DNA of 64,000 nucleotides from an uncultured Lachnospiraceae bacterium (GCA_951800685.1 CATOJY010000005.1:21447-85446), one strand, 5' to 3'; shown: positions 37,645 through 48,379, counted from the first letter of the stretch. A program made the numbers and translations. Notes: generated from the sequence alone by a model not told the origin.

Positions 37645-38997
37645 ATGACGAAAAGTATGACGGAAGGAAAACCGCTGCCGCTGATTCTGCAGTTTGCGGT
37701 TCCTTTGCTGATTGGGAATCTGCTGCAGCAGACTTATAACATCATAGATGCCGCCATTGTGGGACGTATTCTGGGGCCAGATGCCTTGGCAGGCGTGGGC
37801 GCTTCCAGCAGCGTGCAGTTTCTGGTACTTGGATTCTGCATCGGGGTTTGCTGTGGATTTGGGATTCCAGTGGCGCGCAGTTTCGGTGCGCAGGATTATG
37901 AGAAGATGCGCAGCGATATTTTCCATGGAATGGTGCTGACTGGCCTGTTTGCGGTGGTACTGACCGTGCTTTGCGCGTTACTATGCCCACAGATTTTACG
38001 GCTGTTATCTACCCCGGAAGATATATACACGAATGCGTACCAGTATCTGCTGATCATTTTTCTGGGCATTCCTTTTAATCTCTTGTACAATCTGTTGTCG
38101 GGGATTTTCCGTTCTGTGGGGGACAGCCGGACGCCGTTTATGTTTCTGGCCTTTTCTACGGTGTTGAATATTGGCCTGGATCTGTTCTTTATTATTGTGC
38201 TTCACTTAGGCTGTGCAGGCGCTGCTCTGGCGACGGTGATCTCGCAGGCAGTGAGCGGGATTTTATGTTATTTGTATATGAGGAAAAAGATGCCGATCCT
38301 GCGTCTGAACAGACAGGAATGCCGTCTGGATGGGCATACGGTGAAAATGATGCTGGCAATGGGCCTGCCCATGGGTCTGCAGTATTCGATCACTGCGATT
38401 GGCAGTATGGTCATGCAGTCGGCGAACAATGGTCTTGGAAGCGTATACGTTTCTGGTTTTACGGCAGGGATGCGCATCAAGCAGTTTGCGATGTGTCCTT
38501 TTGACGCTCTGGCGACAGGGGTATCTGTCTTCTGCAGCCAGAATCTGGGCGCAGGCAGAATCCAGAGGATCAAGACGGGTATACGCCAAGGAACGCTGGT
38601 GGGTATCCTATATGGTGTGTTTGCTGGGTTGGTGCTGGTATTCTTTGGCAGGACGCTGTCACTGCTTTTTGTCTCTGGAGAGAATGCGGCGATCCTGGAT
38701 GCTTCCGCTAAGTATCTGCGGTGTCTGGGATGTTTCTACTGGAGTCTTGGCATCTTGAATGTATGCCGGATGAGTACGCAAGGGTTGGGATTTTCAGGGC
38801 GTGTGGTCTTTGCGGGAATGATGGAGATGGCGGCAAGGATCGGGGTAAGTCTGATCCTGGTGCCAATGTTTGGATTTACAGCGATCTGTTTCGCCGATCA
38901 ATCGGCGTGGCTGGCGGCTTGTATCTATATCGTGCCTACTTGTCTGCACTGTGTCAGGATTTGTGAGAAGCGTGCGAAGAAGGAAGCTGAGACATAG
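37645..38997 (+). CDS. MATE efflux transporter
   Basis: GNLLQQTYNIIDAAIVG, GDSRTP, NIGLDLFF, SQNLGAG. Confidence 0.93.
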   Translation: MTKSMTEGKPLPLILQFAVPLLIGNLLQQTYNIIDAAIVGRILGPDALAGVGASSSVQFLVLGFCIGVCCGFGIPVARSFGAQDYEKMRSDIFHGMVLTGLFAVVLTVLCALLCPQILRLLSTPEDIYTNAYQYLLIIFLGIPFNLLYNLLSGIFRSVGDSRTPFMFLAFSTVLNIGLDLFFIIVLHLGCAGAALATVISQAVSGILCYLYMRKKMPILRLNRQECRLDGHTVKMMLAMGLPMGLQYSITAIGSMVMQSANNGLGSVYVSGFTAGMRIKQFAMCPFDALATGVSVFCSQNLGAGRIQRIKTGIRQGTLVGILYGVFAGLVLVFFGRTLSLLFVSGENAAILDASAKYLRCLGCFYWSLGILNVCRMSTQGLGFSGRVVFAGMMEMAARIGVSLILVPMFGFTAICFADQSAWLAACIYIVPTCLHCVRICEKRAKKEAET

Positions 38998-39015
38998 GAA
39001 TGAGGGAGTAACGGT

Positions 39016-39885
39016 ATGCATTTTGTGGAGACTAAGGGCATTTTATCTTCCCATAACGGCATGAACTTGTATCGGGGCTGCACGCATGGCTGTATCTACT
39101 GTGACAGCCGCAGTGCTTGTTACCAATTTAGCCATGACTTCGAGGATATCGAGGTGAAACAGAATGCGCCGGAGCTGCTAGAGAGAGCGCTCCGCTCTAA
39201 AAGAAAAAAGTGCATGATTGGTACGGGCGCCATGTGCGATTCCTACATGCATTGCGAAGAGCAGCTTAAGTTGACCCGCAGGTGCCTTAAGTTGATCGAT
39301 ACCTATGGGTATGGCATCGCGATCCAGACGAAATCAGACAGGATCCTTCGGGATCTGGATCTGCTTGTCAACATTAACCGTAAGGCTAAATGTGTAGTGC
39401 AGATGACGCTGACGACCTATGACGAGGAATTATGCCGCATTGTGGAACCGCATGTCAGCACGAGCAGGAGACGTTTCGAAGTACTGCAGATTATGAAGAA
39501 AAACGGTATTCCTACGGTAGTTTGGCTGTCTCCCATCCTTCCATATATCAATGATACCCAGGAGAACCTGCAGGGAATCCTGGAATATTGTGCACAGGCA
39601 GGGGTATATGGGATTATATGTTTCGGTATGGGACTGACACTCAGACAGGGGAACAGAGAGTATTTCTATGCGGCGCTGGATCGGCATTTTCCGGGACTGC
39701 ATGAGAAATACCGCAGCAAATATGGGTATGCCTATGAGATTCCCAGCGACAGATCGAAAGAATTGATGCGCTATTTCCATGCCTTTTGTGCGCAGCATGG
39801 CATAGTAAGTGATCATGAACGGATTTTTGCCTACTTGCGTGAATTTCCGGAGAACAGAGTTTATGAACAGCTGTCGCTTTTCTGA
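39016..39885 (+). CDS. Radical SAM protein (SplB-like DNA-repair family)
   Basis: NLYRGCTHGCIYC (CxxxCxxC), IQTKS, C-terminal QLSLF. Confidence 0.88.
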   Translation: MHFVETKGILSSHNGMNLYRGCTHGCIYCDSRSACYQFSHDFEDIEVKQNAPELLERALRSKRKKCMIGTGAMCDSYMHCEEQLKLTRRCLKLIDTYGYGIAIQTKSDRILRDLDLLVNINRKAKCVVQMTLTTYDEELCRIVEPHVSTSRRRFEVLQIMKKNGIPTVVWLSPILPYINDTQENLQGILEYCAQAGVYGIICFGMGLTLRQGNREYFYAALDRHFPGLHEKYRSKYGYAYEIPSDRSKELMRYFHAFCAQHGIVSDHERIFAYLREFPENRVYEQLSLF

Positions 39886-39902
39886 TTTGCTGGTCAAGGA
39901 AG

Positions 39903-39946
39903 AGAAAACGCCGCCCGGAAGAGGTTCTTCCGAGACGGCGTTTTCT
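39903..39946. terminator. Bidirectional terminator
   Basis: AGAAAACGCCG...CGGCGTTTTCT between convergent genes. Confidence 0.75.
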
Positions 39947-39969
39947 ACGGTGTTTGTCTCTATGGCGGA

Positions 39970-40170
39970 TTAAAGATCCAGTTCTGGCGGTACATCGATC
40001 TCGTCGGATACATACTTTCCGTTTTTCTTACGCTGTCTTACACATTCTGTGAGGAGATATTCAATCTGCCCATTGACAGAACGGAAATCGTCTTCTGCCC
40101 ACGCGGCGATCGCATTATAAAGTTTGGCAGATAATCTGAGGGGCACTTGCTTCTTGCCTGAATCGCCCAT
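39970..40170 (-). CDS. Arc-like ribbon-helix-helix protein
   Basis: KKQVPLRL...[17 protein letters not shown]; RBS GGAGG before ATG 40170. Confidence 0.8.
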   Translation of the reverse strand: MGDSGKKQVPLRLSAKLYNAIAAWAEDDFRSVNGQIEYLLTECVRQRKKNGKYVSDEIDVPPELDL

Positions 40171-40277
40171 ACTGTCCTCCGTTTTTCGTGTGCCTGTATT
40201 GAGAGAGATGGACATCAAGAATACAGGTACGCTTCTTATATTGATTGGTTCCAAAAAGTTTGTCAAGTTGATGCTTA

Positions 40278-41315
40278 TTAATATAAACTGCCAGAGTTGA
40301 CGACAGGCTGCGCGTCATGGTTGCCGCACAGGACCACCAGCAGATTGGATACCATGGCGGCCTTGCGCTCCTCATCCAGTTCTACCGTGTGGTTCTCACT
40401 TAGTCTTTCTAATGCCATCTCTACCATACTGACTGCACCATCTACAATCATTTTCCTTGCGTCAATAATAGCAGATGCCTGCTGTCTCTGCAACATAACT
40501 GCGGCAATTTCAGGCGCATAGGCGAGATAAGTGATCCTTGCTTCAATGATCTCAATGCCAGCCTCCTGCACTTTCGTCTGAATTTCATCACGAATCTTGG
40601 CAGCGACGATTTCACTGGAACCGCGCAGACTGCCTTCGTCCGCCTGTCCGTCTCCGGTCGTGTCGATTCCCTGGGCTACGTCATAAGGATAGATGCGGAC
40701 GATATTGCGCAGTGCGCTGTCACACTGCAGTGAGAGGAATTCTTTATAGTTATCCACGTTAAATACAGCTTTGGCGGTGTTGACAATCCGCCATGTCACG
40801 GCGATTCCGATCTCAACAGGATTGCCAAGACAGTCGTTGATCTTCTGGCGGCTGTTATTCAGCGTCATGATCTTTAGGGAAATCTTCTTGCTGGGAGATT
40901 CCTGGCCGGCGGCAGCGCCGGACGTATTCATGCCGTTGACGTCTCCGCTCTGGCTGAGTCTTGTGCGGGCAGCAGGGTTAACGCTGGAACAGAACGGGTT
41001 GAGAAAATAGAAACCCTCGTCTTTCAATGTTCCAATGTATTTGCCAAACAGAGTCAGCACCAATGCTTCCTGCGGCTTTAGCACCTTGAGGCCGCACAGA
41101 AGGATCCAGCCGAGGGCAATGACCAGCAGACATAGGAACATGATCAGGGAAAAGAATATTTTGATAAACATATGGCCTGACACAGAGTCCAGCATAATGC
41201 CGCTGATCACGGCGCCGAAGACTGCCGCAACGTACAACAGCAAAATGCCCAGCAGCGCGGGTAGACCGTTCTTCTTACCTTGAATGATTTTTTCTTCTAC
41301 ATTTTTCTCTTGCAT
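40278..41315 (-). CDS. SPFH/band-7 membrane protein
   Basis: Two N-terminal TMs; [46 protein letters not shown]. Confidence 0.9.
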   Translation of the reverse strand: MQEKNVEEKIIQGKKNGLPALLGILLLYVAAVFGAVISGIMLDSVSGHMFIKIFFSLIMFLCLLVIALGWILLCGLKVLKPQEALVLTLFGKYIGTLKDEGFYFLNPFCSSVNPAARTRLSQSGDVNGMNTSGAAAGQESPSKKISLKIMTLNNSRQKINDCLGNPVEIGIAVTWRIVNTAKAVFNVDNYKEFLSLQCDSALRNIVRIYPYDVAQGIDTTGDGQADEGSLRGSSEIVAAKIRDEIQTKVQEAGIEIIEARITYLAYAPEIAAVMLQRQQASAIIDARKMIVDGAVSMVEMALERLSENHTVELDEERKAAMVSNLLVVLCGNHDAQPVVNSGSLY

Positions 41316-41391
41316 AGTGAACCTCCATCCCTGTGCATTCCGGACAAGTAGGTATTGTCCTGTCCTTCTATGCTATAAAATAAAATTTATT

Positions 41392-41429
41392 TGATATCAT
41401 TATGATATCATAATAGATTAAAATGTCAA
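41392..41429 (-). promoter_or_regulatory. sigmaA promoter of the SPFH-RHH operon with tandem TGATATCA operators
   Basis: TTGACA-16 bp-TATCAT with TGn; palindromes TGATATCA at 41392-41399 and 41403-41410. Confidence 0.65.
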
Positions 41430-41696
41430 GTGTAATGTGGAAAAGAAAGGATTTCTTTTTGGGGAGGGGTCGCTTATAATAGAAATTACGAGAGTTTGAT
41501 TGGGAAGATAACATCTACAAGAAAGTAATGAAAGACAAGCGGTAACAATATATCGCGGGAATAGAAGAGAATATTACATTATAAGACCGATTGCCCCATC
41601 ATTATAACAGCTTAAGCAACAAGATGGGTAATTTCTTACTGGCTGTAAGGGATATTAACCATAAATATATTGTAGTAGAAATGAGGAGAAACAACT

Positions 41697-42812
41697 ATGT
41701 CAGTTACAATCTTTACAATGACGCATAAGAAATTCGAGGAGCCAAAAGATGCGGTCTATATGCCGCTGCATGTAGGACGGGCTGGCGGTGTGGATTTCGG
41801 TTATGCGGGAGACGACACAGGGGATAATATATCAGCAAAAAACTGTTATTATGGAGAACTGACCGGTGTCTATTGGGTATGGAAAAATGTGCGGACCACG
41901 GATTACGTGGGGATCTGCCACTATAGGCGTTACTTCTGTACGGAGGAGGGAAGAATCCTGAATGAAAAGGATTATCTTTCGATCCTACAGGAATATGACA
42001 TCATTACATCTAAGAAATTGAAGCTGAACTATTCTTATTTTGATGGGTATGCCAGCGACTACAATATTTTCGATCTGGTCACTACGGGCGAGGTGATCCG
42101 GCAGATGTATCCGGAATATTATGACGCCTTTGAGCGGCTGGTGCATGGAAATGGTACGTATTTTGGCAATATGATGGTGTCTTCCAAGGCCTTGTATGAC
42201 GAGTATGCGTCATGGCTTTTCTCCATCTTTGAAGAGGTGGAAAAGAAGATCGACGCTACGCAGTACGATGAGTATCACAGGCGCGTCTTCGGTTTTATCT
42301 CAGAATTTCTGCTGTATGTCTGGGTGGATGTGAAAGGGCTTAAGGCGTATGAGTGCAAAGTCGGCATGACTACAGAGAAGTACGAGACACGTGAGATGAA
42401 AGAGCGGCTGTCTGAATTCTTCGGGCAGGGGAAACTGGAAGACGCGAAGGCATACTTTCTGGGGGTGTTAGAGAAACGGCCGGATGTATTGATGGAGGCA
42501 TCGGATATTACAGGAGAATTGAAGCTGGCGATGCAAGTGATTGCTGTCTGCGAGTTGGAGCAGCAGGAGTATGGTAGGAGTGTTCTCGACAGGGTCAGGA
42601 AGTTTGAAGATCTGATGCGCTATTTTAACGGAGTCAATGAGGCGGTCAATGCCTGTAAGATGGGAGGATTAGAGGAGGCGAATCGCAGTTTCCTGCAGGA
42701 GAATCAGGTAAGCGAGGTTGCACTGAAAGCTTCCGCGCGTCTTTTTATCTCGGAGGAAAAAGAGCTGGCGGAGATTACCGCCGCGCTCTTACCCCTTATT
42801 TTGAGAAATTGA
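41697..42812 (+). CDS. DUF4422-type surface-polysaccharide-associated protein
   Basis: DDTGDNISAKNCYYGELTGVYWVWKN, VGICHYRRYF, RVFGFISE. Confidence 0.8.
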   Translation: MSVTIFTMTHKKFEEPKDAVYMPLHVGRAGGVDFGYAGDDTGDNISAKNCYYGELTGVYWVWKNVRTTDYVGICHYRRYFCTEEGRILNEKDYLSILQEYDIITSKKLKLNYSYFDGYASDYNIFDLVTTGEVIRQMYPEYYDAFERLVHGNGTYFGNMMVSSKALYDEYASWLFSIFEEVEKKIDATQYDEYHRRVFGFISEFLLYVWVDVKGLKAYECKVGMTTEKYETREMKERLSEFFGQGKLEDAKAYFLGVLEKRPDVLMEASDITGELKLAMQVIAVCELEQQEYGRSVLDRVRKFEDLMRYFNGVNEAVNACKMGGLEEANRSFLQENQVSEVALKASARLFISEEKELAEITAALLPLILRN

Positions 42813-42816
42813 AATA

Positions 42817-44193
42817 CTACTCTAAAGCGGAAATAGGAACTGAGGGATCCATTGCGTCGCCATTCGTTTTTCCAAGATAAAGCAGTCTGCCATCCTTCGT
42901 ATAGCGGAAGAAATAGCTGTAATACTTATAATCTTCCCCTTCACCCGCACCGGAGAAGATGACGAGTTCTGTATAGTCGTCATCTACGTTCAGATCAAAA
43001 AGAGAAAGCTCGCCCCAAGAGTAGCCTGTCAGCAGCTGACTGAGAGTCTCTGTACACTGTGCGGAGAAATCAACATCGTTGATGGTGAGGTGAAGCAGTG
43101 TACGGTACGTATCCTCTTCCGCTGCGACTACTTCCGTGGAAAAGAAGAAGGTGTCTTCCGTGCCGTCGCCGTTGAGATCGAAGCTGTTGGAGGTATCTGA
43201 CAGGAGCTTCCTTGCGAGCCGGTCTGTGTAGGTATAGCTTTCGTTAAATCCCATGCCGGCCAAATCCGTATAAGGGATGACAAATTCGATCGTTCCGGAG
43301 GAGTAGGGTCCAAGGGCGTAAGGATTGCTGATAAAGGTCAGACCGGAGGGGGACAAATACCACGCATCGTCAGCGTACAGTACGGATTCCAGGGAAACGC
43401 CTGATAACATATCTTCGGAGAACATCCGCATCTGGTAAGAATCTGTTTTGGCTAGAGCCCGGTTATAGGCCAGCGTGTCCTCATGGAAGGCGTTGATGTC
43501 ATCGCTCAGTTCAGAAAAGGAGATTAGCTCGCCTGTTTTGGTATTGTAGTTGACGCCCTGCGTGCTGTAGTTGCCGTGGGCCCCGCCTGAAAAGCTGTAA
43601 AAGGTCATGGTAAAAGAAATGACATTATTGTCAGATCTTTGCGCGCGAAAAGTCAAATCGCTGCTGTAACCATAGAAGGGATATTCATTCTCCTCAGAAA
43701 TACTGTACTCATAGCCTTCTTTGGCCCATTCTTCGATTTCAGTGTCAGCCAGAAAGGAGTCGACTCTGGAGCGGATATCAGCATTGATCTTCTCCACGGC
43801 TTTGTCGTTGCCGTTGGTCACTTTTGCAACGTGAAGAATAGGATAGGTGTAACTGGAGGTGTAGTAGACGGTGCCGTTATCGGCAGTGCTCTCTTGCGTT
43901 TCACTCTTCATCTCAATCCGGATAGGGAATGTAAAGGTGCTGACATAAGTGTCATTTTCTGTATTGGCATTGTCTGTTGCCGGCTCTTCGGATTCAGAAG
44001 TATCGGTATCTTCTGACTGTTTAACACTGCCAGTATCGTCTGTAGAGGACGAAGATGTATCTGACTCGGAGAGATCAGAAGGAGCGGATCTATCCGAGTT
44101 GGATCCACAGCCGTTTAATGCACAGGTAAGAGTGCCACATAACAGTAACATGCAGAGCATAGATAGCGGTTCTGCTTTTTTTGTCTTTTTCAT
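42817..44193 (-). CDS. Lipoprotein with DUF4163/DUF3298 (RsiV/PdaC-like) domains
   Basis: Lipobox LNGC; acidic linker; FSGGAHG, NYNTKTGE, NPYALGPYSSG; RBS GGAGG before ATG 44193. Confidence 0.78.
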   Translation of the reverse strand: MKKTKKAEPLSMLCMLLLCGTLTCALNGCGSNSDRSAPSDLSESDTSSSSTDDTGSVKQSEDTDTSESEEPATDNANTENDTYVSTFTFPIRIEMKSETQESTADNGTVYYTSSYTYPILHVAKVTNGNDKAVEKINADIRSRVDSFLADTEIEEWAKEGYEYSISEENEYPFYGYSSDLTFRAQRSDNNVISFTMTFYSFSGGAHGNYSTQGVNYNTKTGELISFSELSDDINAFHEDTLAYNRALAKTDSYQMRMFSEDMLSGVSLESVLYADDAWYLSPSGLTFISNPYALGPYSSGTIEFVIPYTDLAGMGFNESYTYTDRLARKLLSDTSNSFDLNGDGTEDTFFFSTEVVAAEEDTYRTLLHLTINDVDFSAQCTETLSQLLTGYSWGELSLFDLNVDDDYTELVIFSGAGEGEDYKYYSYFFRYTKDGRLLYLGKTNGDAMDPSVPISALE

Positions 44194-44389
44194 AGAAAAC
44201 CTCCTTGCATCCGCTGCCTGCCGCAGTACGGGTGCATAAATATTTTGTCCCAATAGTATTAGGAAGCCTTGCCACAAATATACAAAGGGCAGTGACATGA
44301 CACAGTATGACACGATACCGTGAAAATAGCAAGGCAGTGCAGATAAATGATGCAATAATGATGCAAGTTAAAAAAGGATGCTGTGAGAC

Positions 44390-44418
44390 TGTAACCTTTT
44401 TCGTTTACAGGCAATCTA
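44390..44418 (+). promoter_or_regulatory. Putative ECF-sigma autoregulatory promoter
   Basis: TGTAAC-N16-CAATCTA resembles SigV/SigW-type promoters. Confidence 0.4.
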
Positions 44419-44593
44419 ATCTATGTAAAACAAAACCGGTAAGGAGCTGCCAGCATTCGTTTTTCTGTGCAGGATACAGGAAAAAAGCGTTTTAGCGGTT
44501 CTGACAAAATCAGATCATTATCTACGGCCGAATAGAAAGGATAGTGTTCAGACAAGCGCGCACCGGCAGAACATACGAAAGGAAAAGACGAAA

Positions 44594-45139
44594 GTGAAAG
44601 AGGATACGATTCGGCTTGTGAAAAAAGCCATCAAGGGCAATAAATCCGCTTACGGCGAGTTGATTGCTGAATATCAGGTTTATTTATATAAGACAGCTTT
44701 TTTATATGTAAAAAATGAAGCAGATGCCTTGGATGCGGTGCAGGAGTGTGTGACGAGAGGACTGCTGGCGATCGGAAAGCTAAGGGAACCGGGATATTTT
44801 AAAACATGGATCACGAGAATCCTGCTCAACTGCATCTGGCAGGACAAGAAACAGACACAGACGGTGTCTCTGGATGAATACCGGGAAAAAGGTGTAGAGA
44901 ATTATCTGATTGAGGAGAAAGTGGATCTCTACGACGCCATCGATTCCCTGAAGGAGCAGTATAAGACTGTAGTCATACTCTTCTATTTCCAGGAATTGAA
45001 GATTAAGGAGATTGCCCAGATTATGGAGATTCCGGAAGGAAGCGTGAAAGTATATCTGTACCGGGCCAAAAAGCAGATGCGCAGGTGGCTGGAGGGTGAC
45101 AGAACAGAATATGAGGAGGAAAGACGCTATGCAAAATGA
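44594..45139 (+). CDS. ECF sigma factor (SigV-like)
   Basis: DALDAVQE, YFKTWITRILLN, IAQIMEIPEGSVKVYLYRAK. Confidence 0.93.
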   Translation: MKEDTIRLVKKAIKGNKSAYGELIAEYQVYLYKTAFLYVKNEADALDAVQECVTRGLLAIGKLREPGYFKTWITRILLNCIWQDKKQTQTVSLDEYREKGVENYLIEEKVDLYDAIDSLKEQYKTVVILFYFQELKIKEIAQIMEIPEGSVKVYLYRAKKQMRRWLEGDRTEYEEERRYAK

Positions 45140-46406
45140 TAAATTTGACGCAATCCCGATTCCAAGAGAATTGAGCAGTGTGGTAAAAGCAGGCATCCAG
45201 GAGGGAATCAGAGAGCAGAAACAGTTCCGCAGAAAAAGACTTCTGTTGCGCTATAGTATGGCAGCAGCGGCGCTTGTGTTGGTTTGCGTAGGTGTCCTGT
45301 TAGTTTCGGACCCCGCTATGGCAGCTAAATTGCCATTGATCGGACGGATTTTTTCAATGGTGCAGGAACGGGTCAGTTATAAAGGGGATTTCAGCGATGA
45401 TGCGCAGGTTTATGTGGAAGAAGAAAGCGGAAGTACACAGGGGAAAAAAGATGCGCACACATCGGGGGAAAGATCGGATGGCGTTTCTGGGGCAAAAGCA
45501 GATAACCCATATGTACAGACTTCAAATGGGTTGACGGTTACGGTATCCGAGGCGAATTGTACCGGGATGGCATTGTATCTGGCGCTCTGTATTGAAAATG
45601 AAGAGGATTTTCCTGCAGATTTCATTAAGACGAAGAATATGGAGGGGTATTTGCATAAATATGACAGTTTGAGTCTGGTAACGGAAAGCTATTATGACTT
45701 GCCGGGACTGGGTAAAGAGGATAGGGGAACCGGAATGGGATATTCTTCCCCTTATTATATAGAAGGAAACTTCGTGGACAGCCGCACTTTTACAGGTATT
45801 ATCAGGGTGTCGCTGGAGGAAGATCTTATGGGCAGCGGCGGCACAGGAAACCAGGAGATAAAAAGTGGTGCGGATCAGAACCAGGGGGGCAAGGTGAAGA
45901 CGCTGCCGGAGCAGTTTACTTATTATCTGGAGATATCTGATATTTACGGTGAATTAATGGAATATGAAGATATACAGGTCCGCGATCCGGAATCCAATGG
46001 GATGATAACGATACCGGAAGTAGTGATGAAGCACTATGAAGGTACATGGAAGTTTGCAATTAAGGTCAATAAAAACCAGACAGAGATACAGAACGTGAAG
46101 GTAAATAAAACCAATGAGAAAGGAGTGGGGATTGCCTTTGTGGAAAGGACAGAGTTCGAGATCAGGGCACAGATCCTTCTTCCAGAGGGAGCAAAGCCTT
46201 ATGATTATGTAATTACGATCTTTGATGCAGAGGGAAAACAGTTAGACAGCCAGGGAGAAAATGCAGAGGTATTTTCCACTTATGGCAGAGACACGGATAC
46301 GGTATATGTCTATGTATGCGATTATATGCAATTCATGGACGAACTGAAAGGAGACGAAAAGAAGATCATGGAAGGTGCATTATTTGAAGCCCAGGTGAAT
46401 TTCTAA
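45129..46406 (+). CDS. Anti-sigma factor (DUF4179-like N-terminus)
   Basis: Overlaps the sigma stop codon; IPIPREL N-terminus, TM, AMAAKLPLIGRIF. Confidence 0.8.
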   Translation: MQNDKFDAIPIPRELSSVVKAGIQEGIREQKQFRRKRLLLRYSMAAAALVLVCVGVLLVSDPAMAAKLPLIGRIFSMVQERVSYKGDFSDDAQVYVEEESGSTQGKKDAHTSGERSDGVSGAKADNPYVQTSNGLTVTVSEANCTGMALYLALCIENEEDFPADFIKTKNMEGYLHKYDSLSLVTESYYDLPGLGKEDRGTGMGYSSPYYIEGNFVDSRTFTGIIRVSLEEDLMGSGGTGNQEIKSGADQNQGGKVKTLPEQFTYYLEISDIYGELMEYEDIQVRDPESNGMITIPEVVMKHYEGTWKFAIKVNKNQTEIQNVKVNKTNEKGVGIAFVERTEFEIRAQILLPEGAKPYDYVITIFDAEGKQLDSQGENAEVFSTYGRDTDTVYVYVCDYMQFMDELKGDEKKIMEGALFEAQVNF

Positions 46407-46436
46407 GGAGTGTATTTTATAACAGTCCGTTCTGTG

Positions 46437-46450
46437 TACATAAATATGCA
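46437..46450. promoter_or_regulatory. Candidate ArgR (ARG) box
   Basis: TACATAAATATGCA, one mismatch from TGCATAAATATGCA; upstream of a polar amino-acid ABC operon. Confidence 0.45.
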
Positions 46451-46695
46451 CATATTCATTCTTGAACGTCGATTATTCATAAATTAACTTATATTTATGC
46501 TTTTCAACCCGCATTGTTTGTGTTATAATGCGGGTTGAGTTGTTAAAGGGAGGCAGAAATTTGCCTGTAAGCCCGAAAATAGCCAGGTTTGGAAACCTGT
46601 CGCAAGGATATTGTTGTCTGAAATGCTACGGGTAGAACAAGACTTAGTATATTGTATATGCTGTTGAGCAGCATGCTGGAAAGGATGAACAACAG

Positions 46696-47394
46696 ATGAC
46701 GGGGATTGAGCTATGGTTTGCCGATTTTGGTGATTCGTTTTATAAATGTTTTATCAGGGAGGACCGCTATAAGCTGCTGATCAGCGGCGTCGGCGTCACG
46801 ATTAAGGTTTCGCTTCTGGCAGTGATCATCGGTATTATGATCGGTATGCTGGTTGCAATGTGCAATCTTTCAAAGAACAAACTGCTTAGGGCGATCGGCG
46901 GGATTTATACGGATGTGATACGTGGAACGCCTTCTGTTACCCAGTTAATGGTCATCTATTTTGTTATCTTTGCTACGGTTGATCTGGATAAATGGATTAT
47001 TGCGGCAATCGCCTTTGGTGTCAATTCAGGCGCGTATGTATCTGAGATCATCCGGGGCGGCATCCTTTCTGTAGATCACGGACAGACTGAGGCGGGACGG
47101 TCACTGGGATTGAATGTTTTCCAGACAATGACAAGGATTGTTATCCCACAGGCGGTAAAGAACATATTTCCAGCGTTATGCAATGAATTTATCGTGCTGA
47201 TCAAGGAGACGGCTATCGTCGGTTATGTAGGGCTGATGGATATTCAGAAAGCGGGCGATTTCATCAAGAGTGCGACCTTCGAAGCAACGATGCCGCTAGT
47301 CGGGACGGCAGTGATCTATTATATTCTGATCAAAATTCTGACGCTGCTGCTTGGCAGGATTGAGAATCATCTGAGGAAGTCGGACGTCAGATAA
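46696..47394 (+). CDS. Polar amino-acid ABC permease
   Basis: IRGTP, GAYVSEIIRGGI, GQTEAGRSLG. Confidence 0.93.
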   Translation: MTGIELWFADFGDSFYKCFIREDRYKLLISGVGVTIKVSLLAVIIGIMIGMLVAMCNLSKNKLLRAIGGIYTDVIRGTPSVTQLMVIYFVIFATVDLDKWIIAAIAFGVNSGAYVSEIIRGGILSVDHGQTEAGRSLGLNVFQTMTRIVIPQAVKNIFPALCNEFIVLIKETAIVGYVGLMDIQKAGDFIKSATFEATMPLVGTAVIYYILIKILTLLLGRIENHLRKSDVR

Positions 47395-47489
47395 GGCGGA
47401 AGAAATGCAGCATACTGTAGTTTGCTGCGGGATACGTTACTATGAAAGTCAGAGCTGTGGGCAGCAGCCGGATGAGAAGGAGAAGCCTT

Positions 47490-48212
47490 ATGATCAAAGT
47501 AAAGAATTTACATAAAAAATTCGGGGACCTGATGGTCTTAGATGGGATAGATGAGCACATTTCACAGGGAGAGGTAGTAGTCATTATCGGCCCTTCCGGT
47601 TCGGGGAAAAGCACTTTCCTGCGCTGCCTGAATCTTTTGGAGGATGTAACGGAAGGTGAGATCTATGTGGATGATGAGCTGATCAATACCCCCAAAGTCA
47701 ATATCAATGTGGTGAGACAGAAGATGGGCATGGTGTTCCAGCAGTTTAATCTGTTTCCCCATCTGACGATTATGGATAATCTTACGCTGGCGCCGGTGCT
47801 GCTTAAGAAGATGACGAAGCAGGAGGCAGTAAAAAGGGGACAAGAGCTTCTGGAGCGTGTCAATCTGGCGGAAAAAGCGGATGCTTATCCTGCGCAGCTT
47901 TCCGGCGGACAGAAACAGCGTGTGGCGATTGCCAGGGCGCTGGCTATGAATCCAGAGATTATGCTTTTCGACGAACCGACTTCAGCGCTGGATCCAGAGA
48001 TGGTTGGAGAAGTGTTGGACGTTATGAAGGACCTGGCCAGGTCCGGGATGACGATGGTTATTGTTACCCATGAGATGGGATTTGCCAGAGAAGTGGCCTC
48101 CAGGGTGCTTTTCATTGACCAGGGCATTGTCATGGAGAGCGGTACGCCCCAGGAAGTATTCAATCATCCGAAGAATGAGAGGACGAAACTTTTCTTGAGC
48201 AAGGTACTGTAA
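47490..48212 (+). CDS. Polar amino-acid ABC ATPase (GlnQ-like)
   Basis: [28 protein letters not shown]. Confidence 0.95.
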   Translation: MIKVKNLHKKFGDLMVLDGIDEHISQGEVVVIIGPSGSGKSTFLRCLNLLEDVTEGEIYVDDELINTPKVNINVVRQKMGMVFQQFNLFPHLTIMDNLTLAPVLLKKMTKQEAVKRGQELLERVNLAEKADAYPAQLSGGQKQRVAIARALAMNPEIMLFDEPTSALDPEMVGEVLDVMKDLARSGMTMVIVTHEMGFAREVASRVLFIDQGIVMESGTPQEVFNHPKNERTKLFLSKVL

Positions 48213-48379
48213 TTTGGTATCAAACTGGTCGTCCGTTTTATCTGGTGCAGGGAAATATCTGTTCTATTGGCGGATCCTGTAAGATAGGAGGGAAGATACG
48301 GTTTAGATCATAGAGGACTGTGGGAATGTCATACATACAGTCCCAGGTAACAACAATGTTTTAACAGGAGGAGAATATT

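Noticed and set aside
39016-39885. Radical SAM enzyme as maturase of the peptide triplet
   Set aside because: 20 kb away, no SPASM/RRE domain visible, SplB-like with a clamp motif, and the peptides have no Cys
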